From: a virus
Taxonomy: Duplodnaviria; Caudoviricetes
IMG/VR virus record: IMGVR_UViG_3300033074_000977
Location: 9,729-73,728 of that record
Length of the DNA stretch: 64,000 bases
Strand: one strand, 5' to 3'
Made by a program: the position numbers and the translations under genes. The notes under the pieces were generated by a model. The model did no database searches. It worked only from the letters and a program-made list of their open reading frames with translations, and was not told the DNA's origin. Below are positions 8,022-15,982 of the stretch, one piece after another; the stretch's first letter is position 1; each line of letters opens with the position of its first letter.

Positions 8022-8736
8022 ATTTGAACTATTTGTTGGTGCGAAAATAGGTCGCCTCACCATTATTGGTGAACGTGTTAGGTATAAAGAGACATTTAAG
8101 CACCCTTGTAGATGTATTTGCGGTAAAGAAGTGCTGATAATTCAGCAAAATCTTCGTACCGGGAAGGCCCAGTCATGTGGGTGCAGAGCAATTGAGGGTC
8201 GCACAAAACACGGACATCGAATATCCGGTAAGCGAGATCCAGAGTACTATACCTGGGTGTCAATGAAAGATCGTTGTTTGAATCCACGCAATAAACAATA
8301 CGCTAACTATGGCGGGCGCGGAATATCTGTGTGCGAAGAATGGGTCGCTAGCTATGAAGAATTCTTAAATGCTGTGGGTAGACGGCCCTCTAATAAACAC
8401 TCCTTAGATAGATACCCTAACAACGATGGTAACTACGAACCCGGGAATGTGCGTTGGGCCACTCAAACTGAACAAGCCCGTAATAGGCGAAATAATGTAC
8501 TAATCGCATTCAGGGATCAAGCAAAGTGTTTGATGGATTGGTGCAGGGAATTCAACTTGCCTTTTCCGGTCGTGCGTGTGCGGTTGAGTGAACTTGGCTG
8601 GACCATAGAAGCTGCACTTACGACTCCCATAGATGCGGTTAATAGATCAGACAGCTCAAGAAAGAGTTGGATAACTAGAAAGGCTAACTTAGCCAAGTTA
8701 AAAGAGAGCGAGGTAACAACCGATGTCAACAGCTAA
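7987..8736 (+). CDS. HNH-type homing endonuclease-like protein
   Basis: CxC/SCGC N-terminus, YGGRGISVCEEW, SLDRYPNNDGNYEPGNVRWAT. Confidence 0.85.
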   Translation: MLHESQTIPKPKFELFVGAKIGRLTIIGERVRYKETFKHPCRCICGKEVLIIQQNLRTGKAQSCGCRAIEGRTKHGHRISGKRDPEYYTWVSMKDRCLNPRNKQYANYGGRGISVCEEWVASYEEFLNAVGRRPSNKHSLDRYPNNDGNYEPGNVRWATQTEQARNRRNNVLIAFRDQAKCLMDWCREFNLPFPVVRVRLSELGWTIEAALTTPIDAVNRSDSSRKSWITRKANLAKLKESEVTTDVNS

Positions 8737-9031
8737 GAACATAATGTCTATCACCTCCCTACGCCGCACCATCCAGCGTATGGAGCAACTAACCGCACCC
8801 GTCGCCGGAACCAACTCCGAACGTCGCAAGCGTCATCGCCGCTGGCAGATGTTACTAGGTAAACTAGGCGAGGAAGCTAAGGCGCTCGCGCATCAACAGG
8901 TGTTAGACATCTTCTACAGCAGCGGCTCCATCGACGCACAAACTGCCTGTAATATGTACATCTACGGAAAGGAAGCAATCGAAAATGCCAAACCCATCGG
9001 AACTGAACCAACACATCCTGCAAGTAGCTGA
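8723..9031 (+). CDS. hypothetical protein (102 aa)
   Basis: GAGG RBS; overlaps neighbours in operon style. Confidence 0.65.
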   Translation: MSTAKNIMSITSLRRTIQRMEQLTAPVAGTNSERRKRHRRWQMLLGKLGEEAKALAHQQVLDIFYSSGSIDAQTACNMYIYGKEAIENAKPIGTEPTHPASS

Positions 9032-9329
9032 CCAGCAGCACATCGACAACCCAGCTCACTTGCTGGTCGAATCAATGGCCTCGCCGCAACTCGTGGCCAA
9101 CTCAGAAGCTGGTCGGAATAACTTCGACGCGGAGGCTATTCGGAAACTCAAGGGCGCGGGCCATAACTACGACGATACGTTAACCTTGGAGCAGAACTTA
9201 GCGAAGCTGCACCCCAGTAAATCTAAACCGGAAGACCTGGAGCGGTTGAACAGTCAGCTGGGGAACACTGTCGTCGTAGATGAACACATCTCAGGCGGCG
9301 GCGGGAACTTTTGGACTGCGCGCTGGTAG
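8985..9329 (+). CDS. hypothetical protein (114 aa)
   Basis: AAGGAAG upstream of the ATG; typical codon style. Confidence 0.6.
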   Translation: MPNPSELNQHILQVADQQHIDNPAHLLVESMASPQLVANSEAGRNNFDAEAIRKLKGAGHNYDDTLTLEQNLAKLHPSKSKPEDLERLNSQLGNTVVVDEHISGGGGNFWTARW

Positions 9330-9336
9330 TTTAGCT

Positions 9337-9444
9337 ATGCCAGCTACTATCTGTGAACTCAAAGGACACGCCTACCGATTACTCAAAGGATTCGGCAGGT
9401 ACTACTGGAAGTGCGACCGTTGTGGGAAAGTACTAAATAACTAA
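9337..9444 (+). CDS. micro zinc-finger protein (35 aa, MPATICELKGH...WKCDRCGKVLNN)
   Basis: Translated by hand; C-x4-H...C-x2-C pattern; fills the intergenic gap. Confidence 0.6.
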   Translation: MPATICELKGHAYRLLKGFGRYYWKCDRCGKVLNN

Positions 9445-9458
9445 GGAGACTAACCCAA

Positions 9459-10472
9459 ATGCCCGAAGTAACAGAACAACAAAAAATCAATAACTCCCTA
9501 ATGATGTATAGTTATAGTGGCTGCGGCAAGACACGCGAATGCGGTGCTATCGCAGATTATTATTACTTCAAAACAGGTGGCAAGCGCGTTCGCTACATCA
9601 CTGCCGACACAGGCGGCTGGCAGCCGATTCAACCTTACATCGACGCCGGAATGATCGACGCTGTTAGTATCGCCGGACACCCGGACTTTCTCCATGTCCT
9701 ACGCGGGTTATCAGAAGGCTACTGGCTAACCACTGAAGGTAAGTTGATCCCTGAGAAGGGCCGCCTAGCTGATACTGGGTTAATCATCATCGAATCCCTC
9801 ACCTCCATCTGCCAGGAGATCATGGGTTACTACCAGGATAACCGCTTGAAATTCGCGCAGGATCTGGTAGCGGTGCAGCAAGTGCGCTCCCACGACCCTG
9901 AGTTGGATAAGATTCTTGGGGCACAGACGATTTCAGCAGTAGCACAGGCGCATTATTCAGGGTTGCGGGATGAATTGTTTGGTAGGATCCGAGATTTCCA
10001 GCGACTAATTGCACAGGGCGTAGATGGATTGGTGTTCACCTCGCACGAGAGTTCAGGGCAGGAGTCAATCGCCGGGATCAAACGCACCCAGCTGGGTATT
10101 GGCGCATTGGGTCAAGCGATTAGCCCAGCCCTACCGCAGCGCTTCGGGGATCTGATCCACCTGGACACGATCACGGTGAATAACAAGCTGGAGTATCGGG
10201 CGTACTTCCAACCACACCAGGATGCTGAGCTGCGCCGTGAATGGCCTGCTCGGTTGCGCACGGATGCCAGCTTGAACAAAGCGATACTTGAACATCCCGA
10301 TTTCAAGCAGGGGTATTTGGTACTGACTGATGAGGCGGATCCCACTCAGCGGCAGGGGATTACCAAGCTGTTGAGATTCAGGGATCAGTTGCAGAGTAAC
10401 GCGGCGGATAAGATTCGTGCACGGATGGCTGCGGCGAAGACAGCTACTGAAGGAGCTGTTACTAATGGCTAG
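9459..10472 (+). CDS. AAA_24/Sak4-like RecA-fold ATPase (recombinase)
   Basis: Walker A SGCGKT, Walker B IIIES, FTSHE motif; lies next to the exonuclease and SSB-like genes. Confidence 0.75.
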   Translation: MPEVTEQQKINNSLMMYSYSGCGKTRECGAIADYYYFKTGGKRVRYITADTGGWQPIQPYIDAGMIDAVSIAGHPDFLHVLRGLSEGYWLTTEGKLIPEKGRLADTGLIIIESLTSICQEIMGYYQDNRLKFAQDLVAVQQVRSHDPELDKILGAQTISAVAQAHYSGLRDELFGRIRDFQRLIAQGVDGLVFTSHESSGQESIAGIKRTQLGIGALGQAISPALPQRFGDLIHLDTITVNNKLEYRAYFQPHQDAELRREWPARLRTDASLNKAILEHPDFKQGYLVLTDEADPTQRQGITKLLRFRDQLQSNAADKIRARMAAAKTATEGAVTNG

Positions 10473-10722
10473 TGTAGAGTTGTGGCTAGATGTCATCTAC
10501 AAGCTAACTAATGACGAAGCCCGACTAATAGGCTTAGCATTAACACATACAGCTAATGATGAAGCTTATAAGCTGTCCAGAAGTCAGGACAAAGAGGCTA
10601 TGGCTAGCTTAAACAACAGGCTACTGGAGCTGCGTAAATTGAAGTTACTGGAAGCGGTTAAAGTTACGGAAGCCGCGCAGCAGCGTATAGCGAAAGCTGC
10701 TGAAGGAGGTGATGCCAAGTGA
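10465..10722 (+). CDS. helical hypothetical protein (85 aa)
   Basis: ATG at 10465 with AAGGAG RBS, overlapping the previous stop. Confidence 0.65.
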   Translation: MASVELWLDVIYKLTNDEARLIGLALTHTANDEAYKLSRSQDKEAMASLNNRLLELRKLKLLEAVKVTEAAQQRIAKAAEGGDAK

Positions 10723-10857
10723 ATGAAATTAGCATAGTCCCAAAGACCATTGGGCTTTCCCGGGGGATACGCATCCGGTAAAACACGCTAAACCGATACA
10801 ACTCAACTCGATTAACTCGATAACAACCAACAACGATAACAAAGGACAACAACAACC

Positions 10858-11634
10858 ATGAACAACTTAGATAACAACACAACCGATTCGTTCGACATCA
10901 ACAACCCCAACCTCGCCGCCGAAGGCGAAGGCATCGAAGGCTTTGACCCGAACGCCGACTCCAACGCCCCGCCGAAACCTCCCAACGCCGGAGCCTACCT
11001 CCTCCAACTCGACTTCGCTGAAGCTGAAGTAGAGAAGCGGTTCAAACATGGCAGCAAGGATGACCCTACCAAGGATCAACTGATGACTTCCTTCACCGCC
11101 ACCATCGTAGGCTGCGACAAGCAGGACTACGAGGAGAAGCATTGGCAGGGTCGGAAGATCGGCGGGAAGTCCGGGTTCATCGTGGGTAGCTGGACCGTCC
11201 GTGGCCAACGTGGTACCTCCGGCTACGGCGATCTGCTCAAGGCTTACGGGTTGAAACCCAAGCAACTGGCCGGGTTGGCAGGCGCGGGTGGACAGAAGCG
11301 CTGGGAGGATACCCCGGTCGAAGAGCTGATCACTGACTGCGTACTGTCCGGTCAACCAGTCCGAGCCTACTGCGACTGGGAGTGGGCTGGTTCCACCAAG
11401 GAACTGATCGACCCCAACACTGGTAAACCTTACTACATCCGCTTCGACTACAAGGACGATCAGCTGAAGAACGTCCCGCAGGGGATGAAGGCGGCGAAGG
11501 ATGATGGTAAGGGTGGGAAGCTGCACCAGCAGACTTTCCACTTCCAGTCACCGGATGGTGAGGGTAGTGAGGATGTGCAGCTGTTTGCGAGTCTGCGGGT
11601 GGAGCGGTTTATGCCGCCGAAGGCTGGGCAGTAG
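10858..11634 (+). CDS. putative ssDNA-binding/annealing protein (DUF669-like OB fold)
   Basis: Acidic N-terminus, PP..G.YLLQL motif, position in the recombination module. Confidence 0.55.
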   Translation: MNNLDNNTTDSFDINNPNLAAEGEGIEGFDPNADSNAPPKPPNAGAYLLQLDFAEAEVEKRFKHGSKDDPTKDQLMTSFTATIVGCDKQDYEEKHWQGRKIGGKSGFIVGSWTVRGQRGTSGYGDLLKAYGLKPKQLAGLAGAGGQKRWEDTPVEELITDCVLSGQPVRAYCDWEWAGSTKELIDPNTGKPYYIRFDYKDDQLKNVPQGMKAAKDDGKGGKLHQQTFHFQSPDGEGSEDVQLFASLRVERFMPPKAGQ

Positions 11635-11697
11635 GGTAGCTGCCGGATTAACCGTCAACGACTTACCATCACAGTTCCTTCTCTCGTCTAACTAAAA

Positions 11698-11752
11698 AGA
11701 TCCCAGGTTAGGTTAGCTTCACAACCTACCCCAGCCTGGGATCTGATTTTTT
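11698..11752 (+). terminator. intrinsic terminator with an inner AGCTTCAC-loop hairpin
   Basis: AGATCCCAGG/CCTGGGATCT 10-bp stem followed by T6. Confidence 0.75.
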
Positions 11753-11774
11753 CCTACTCAGAGGTATCTCACCT

Positions 11775-14324
11775 ATGGAAACCCAAGAAATCATCGACCA
11801 TTTCGAGCGGCTCCGCTGCACTGCCAAGTACCCTGTCTTCTACTTAACTGGGCAGGCAGGCACCGGCAAAACGTACACCATCAAACAAGCTATCGAGCAA
11901 CAACCGAACTTCGCGCAGCTCGCAGCATCCACCGGTATCGCAGGCGTGAACCTGGGCACCACCACCATCAACCAAGTGCTGAAATATTTCAACACTGACT
12001 CGCTGCTGGACTCCTACCAATCCGGGCAGCTGACTATGAACTTACGTAAAGTGCGCAAGTTCAACCGCTTTCTGGTGATCGACGAAGCATCAATGATCCC
12101 CTATCAACAGCTGGATATATTCCTCTGGGCGTTGGATGAGATCAATGCTGATGTGGAGGATGACGCGCGGTTAGGTTTAATCCTCATCGGAGATTTTTGC
12201 TTGGGTTACGGCACTAAAGTGATGATGGCCGATGGTAGCCTAAAAGTTGTTGAAGACATTAAAGCAGGCGATCAAGTAATGGGACCGGATAGCAAGCCCC
12301 GCAATGTGCTCAGAACTACGACAGGATTGGATACTTTGTATCAAGTTAACCAGACTAACGGTGATTCTTATGTAGTTAATTCTAAACACCCAATTGTACT
12401 GCGGCGTAGTAAGGATGGTAAAGCTTCGTGCGATGGGCGTTGGCCCAGATACCCTGACTACGCTGATAACTTAACGTTAACTGCGCCGGAACTGCTGTTA
12501 AAATCCGATAAATTTCGTTCGTGTTTCTTTGGGTATAAAGCAGGCGTGGTTAAGTTTCCTGTGCGACAGGCACCTACTTTAGATCCGTATTTTGTAGGCT
12601 TATGGCTAGGCGATGGCGACAAAGATGCGCCTCGAATAACTACGGCTGACCCGGAAATTGTAGATTACTTGGAATCCTTGTCGAATGTGTACGGATTGAA
12701 TCTCACAATTAGTGGGTGGGATAGAACATCCGCAGTACGGATAGGAATTACACATGGGAAATCCAAGGGTAATATTCCCAACCCTATACGAACCAAACTA
12801 AGCGCGTTAAGCTTGTTCAATAGCAAGCACATACCTGATGATTATTTGTATGCCATAGAAGCTGCTAGGTTGGATCTACTTGCAGGACTTATAGATTCTG
12901 ACGGAAGCTTTACAGGTAATCGTTACACCATTGCTTGTGGGATAGAAAAGTTGGCTCACCAAATAAAACAACTAGCTGATCAATTAGGTTTCAGGTCTAC
13001 TATTCAACCAGTAAAAAGCGGGCCATACGCCAACAATCCAAATAAGTCTATGTGGAGGATTTCAATTGGGGGTGACACTTGGAGAATCCCCTGTAAGGTT
13101 GCCAGAAAAGTATCCAACCCTAGATCACTTGGACGCACGCGCATAGAGTCTAAGGTTTCAATTGAACGGTTAGGGCGCGGTTTGTATGCAGGATTTGAAA
13201 CCGATGGTGATCATTTGTTTCTGCTGGCAGACGGTACTGTTACCCATAACTGCCAGCTCCCCCCAGTCCCGGGCAATCTCATCGTCGCGGGCAAACCAGT
13301 CCTAACCAAAGATGGTCAGCGCAACGTCAAGGAACCTACCCCCTGGGCGTTTAAGTCTGAGTTGTGGAGTAGGTTCGAGGAAGAAGGCCATATTATTAAG
13401 CTGGAAAAGATCTACCGACAATCCGATCCGACCTTCCTCAATGGTATTAACGCCATCCGCAAGGGACTGGGTAAATCAGGAGTGAGTTACCTCGCCGCCG
13501 CTGGGGTTGAGTTCACGCGCGAGCTGGATAACTACTTCGACGGCACCACCATCGTAGGCAAGAACGAGGAAGTAGATCGGATTAACAAGATCCGGTTGAA
13601 CCAGCTGGAAGGTAAGACCCAGCAGCTACCTAGTACACGCTGGTGGGCAGGGGAAGTGTTGGGCTGGAAACAACCCAGCGAATGGCAGTACATCCCCGAG
13701 CAGTTGGAGTTAAAGCTGGGTGCGTATGTGATGATATTGAGTAACTTGAAGGATCCGCTGACAGGGCGGATGGAAGCTGCGAATGGAGATTGTGGGTGGG
13801 TCAGGGAGATCACTCAGCTGCGTGTGCCTGTGTATGGTGCGCCAGATCCTGAGTCTGATGATCCCACAGCACCTCCTACGATTATCTCAGAGGAGATCCA
13901 GTGGGTGGTGCGCGTAGAGTTAGTCCGCCGCCCTGATGAACTCGTCACCATCCCAGTAGTCAAACGCAACATCGAATCTCGGCATGACGTTGACGACGTA
14001 CTTAAAACACATCCTAAATTCAACCGCGACGAAGCTGGCAACCCTAAGAAGATCCGTAATTCAATGGGTCGGTCGGTCTGGTGTTTAGGCACGATTGAAT
14101 ACTTCCCATTGCGGTTGGCTTACGCTACTACTACACACAAGTCGCAAGGGTTGTCATTGGACAGGATCCAGATTGATCCGCGCGGGCACTTTATGGGACA
14201 ACCGGCTATGGCGTATGTAGCGTTGAGTCGCGGGCGCACGCCGGAAGGGATTAAGATCGTGGGGAATAGTAGTTTATTTGCGGAGCGGGTGCGGCTTGAT
14301 GAGGCTGTGCGGCGCTTCGTTTAG
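11775..14324 (+). CDS. SF1B (Pif1/RecD/Dda-like) helicase containing an intein
   Basis: GQAGTGKT, VIDEASM, GDF|C-QLPPV, FPLRLAYATTTHKSQGLS, YVALSR. Confidence 0.9.
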   Translation: METQEIIDHFERLRCTAKYPVFYLTGQAGTGKTYTIKQAIEQQPNFAQLAASTGIAGVNLGTTTINQVLKYFNTDSLLDSYQSGQLTMNLRKVRKFNRFLVIDEASMIPYQQLDIFLWALDEINADVEDDARLGLILIGDFCLGYGTKVMMADGSLKVVEDIKAGDQVMGPDSKPRNVLRTTTGLDTLYQVNQTNGDSYVVNSKHPIVLRRSKDGKASCDGRWPRYPDYADNLTLTAPELLLKSDKFRSCFFGYKAGVVKFPVRQAPTLDPYFVGLWLGDGDKDAPRITTADPEIVDYLESLSNVYGLNLTISGWDRTSAVRIGITHGKSKGNIPNPIRTKLSALSLFNSKHIPDDYLYAIEAARLDLLAGLIDSDGSFTGNRYTIACGIEKLAHQIKQLADQLGFRSTIQPVKSGPYANNPNKSMWRISIGGDTWRIPCKVARKVSNPRSLGRTRIESKVSIERLGRGLYAGFETDGDHLFLLADGTVTHNCQLPPVPGNLIVAGKPVLTKDGQRNVKEPTPWAFKSELWSRFEEEGHIIKLEKIYRQSDPTFLNGINAIRKGLGKSGVSYLAAAGVEFTRELDNYFDGTTIVGKNEEVDRINKIRLNQLEGKTQQLPSTRWWAGEVLGWKQPSEWQYIPEQLELKLGAYVMILSNLKDPLTGRMEAANGDCGWVREITQLRVPVYGAPDPESDDPTAPPTIISEEIQWVVRVELVRRPDELVTIPVVKRNIESRHDVDDVLKTHPKFNRDEAGNPKKIRNSMGRSVWCLGTIEYFPLRLAYATTTHKSQGLSLDRIQIDPRGHFMGQPAMAYVALSRGRTPEGIKIVGNSSLFAERVRLDEAVRRFV
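12198..13250 (+). mobile_element. 351-aa intein with LAGLIDADG homing endonuclease
   Basis: Starts CLGYGT, ends THN before a Cys +1; blocks GLWLGDG and LAGLIDSDG; AT-richer than its flanks. Confidence 0.92.
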
Positions 14325-14338
14325 GGGGAGGCAATACA

Positions 14339-14776
14339 ATGAAACTATCAGAAATCGAACACCGTATTTTGGCGCTTGAACATGCGCTGAGTAACTTACA
14401 ACAATGCCCAGCGGATCCGTGTCATGTGCATTACGCAGCAGCGGCGGAGGCTGAGGCTGAGGCTGAACCTAAGTACGATGTCACTCAGGAGAATTGGCGA
14501 GTAGGCTATGTAGGAGATTCCGGGGTACTAGTAACTAGTGTAGACCCCATCAAACCACTGCAAGTTTGCCAAGCCCCGGAATCCTGGATGCGCGGACGCA
14601 AGCATTGGCCCCAACGCAGGGCGCTGATCGCCCACGCACCGGAGATGTACCGACAGTTAGATAACCTCGAACAACTCATTCGCTATGCCCCAATGACCTC
14701 CAAGCTAATGCAAGCTTACACAGGTTTACGACAGTTACTGGACACCATTCAAAAGGAGCTAAAAGAAAATGAATAA
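14339..14776 (+). CDS. hypothetical protein (145 aa)
   Basis: GGAGG RBS. Confidence 0.7.
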   Translation: MKLSEIEHRILALEHALSNLQQCPADPCHVHYAAAAEAEAEAEPKYDVTQENWRVGYVGDSGVLVTSVDPIKPLQVCQAPESWMRGRKHWPQRRALIAHAPEMYRQLDNLEQLIRYAPMTSKLMQAYTGLRQLLDTIQKELKENE

Positions 14777-15164
14777 CAACCAACCCGCACAACCATCGCA
14801 GTCACCTAACATCAACCCTGACTCTAACCCTAACCTACGCTTCATCCAACAAGCCCTATCCAACACCTTGGAACCATCCGTCCCACCCATAGAACGCGTG
14901 GACATGCTGGCAGCTATCGCTTTGGTCCTGCTGGAAAAAGCAAAACTCTCCGGTGAGGCAGAATCAACCTTCCTTGAACATATTATGCTAGCGCAGTATG
15001 GAACGTCTGCGGAATGGGCGGAGCATCGGAATTGCATAGCCAAGTTGCACATGGCTACTGCCGAGATTGCGATGCAAAGGCTTACTGCTATGGAACAGGC
15101 CGACAATTCTAACAACGACACCACTGATAACTTTGAATTTCCGGAGGAGCTTAATACATTATGA
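14769..15164 (+). CDS. hypothetical protein (131 aa)
   Basis: AAGGAG RBS; overlapping start/stop. Confidence 0.7.
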   Translation: MNNNQPAQPSQSPNINPDSNPNLRFIQQALSNTLEPSVPPIERVDMLAAIALVLLEKAKLSGEAESTFLEHIMLAQYGTSAEWAEHRNCIAKLHMATAEIAMQRLTAMEQADNSNNDTTDNFEFPEELNTL

Positions 15165-15421
15165 CTACCGACCAATCCACCCAACTACCGCAACCACCCG
15201 CCCACTCCGCTGTCAACATAACCACCGAGCGCGTCATCCGCCTCGACGCACCGAATTTCCTCAAGGATCCACTCGGGTACACGCGTGCTTTACCCAAGCA
15301 GATCCCGGTCGTGGTGCCAGCTGAACCCGTCCATTTTAAGGAATGGCTGGACGCAGAGATCGGGCAGCTGGTTAAATGTGAGGATTTCTTCGATTACCTG
15401 GATCGGTTTCTGGAGGAGTAA
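15161..15421 (+). CDS. hypothetical protein (86 aa)
   Basis: ATGA overlap; GGAGGAG RBS. Confidence 0.7.
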   Translation: MTTDQSTQLPQPPAHSAVNITTERVIRLDAPNFLKDPLGYTRALPKQIPVVVPAEPVHFKEWLDAEIGQLVKCEDFFDYLDRFLEE

Positions 15422-15427
15422 CTATTT

Positions 15428-15601
15428 ATGTATATTCTTTACTTAATTATTGGTTCGGTCTGTTTGGCAGCAGCCAAGGCACATCATACCGAAACTCATA
15501 GCCACGACATCTATCTAATCATAGTAACGACGGCTTGCTACTTCATGGCAGGCTGTAACTTACTCGCCGATGCTGTAAACCAGCGAAAGGATAGGCAGTG
15601 A
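15428..15601 (+). CDS. small membrane protein (57 aa)
   Basis: Translated by hand; GAGGAG upstream; two hydrophobic stretches. Confidence 0.55.
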   Translation: MYILYLIIGSVCLAAAKAHHTETHSHDIYLIIVTTACYFMAGCNLLADAVNQRKDRQ

Positions 15602-15605
15602 ACCA

Positions 15606-15749
15606 ATGACACCTAATAACACCCAACTACCGATTCAAGTTAAACCACCCAACGACGGCTTAGGCTGTGCGTTGATTATCATCGCTGCCTGCGTAGGCAC
15701 AGCGCTTTTGATATGGGCTAATCAGGGGTTTCCGGGGGTGGGGAGATGA
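15606..15749 (+). CDS. small membrane protein (47 aa)
   Basis: Translated by hand; one TM segment; ATGA overlap with the next gene. Confidence 0.55.
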   Translation: MTPNNTQLPIQVKPPNDGLGCALIIIAACVGTALLIWANQGFPGVGR

Positions 15750-15982
15750 GTAACATCTACAGCACTAATGAGCGTAACCCAGAGGCCGACAACACTGAGG
15801 CATCTCAACTACTCAAGATCATCTACGATGAGTCTGAATGCGAGTTAGGTTATGACAGTGAGCTACTAACTAACTGGGAGCGTGAGTTCCTGGAGTCGGT
15901 AGACAGCAACCTAGCTCGGGGTTGGAACGTAACCCAGAAACAACTTTTCAAACTCCGTGACATAAAGGATAAACTTCTATGA
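15746..15982 (+). CDS. phage hypothetical protein (LTxWExxFL..S..KQ type)
   Basis: LTNWEREFLES...TQKQL motif; ATGA overlaps on both sides. Confidence 0.75.
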   Translation: MSNIYSTNERNPEADNTEASQLLKIIYDESECELGYDSELLTNWEREFLESVDSNLARGWNVTQKQLFKLRDIKDKLL

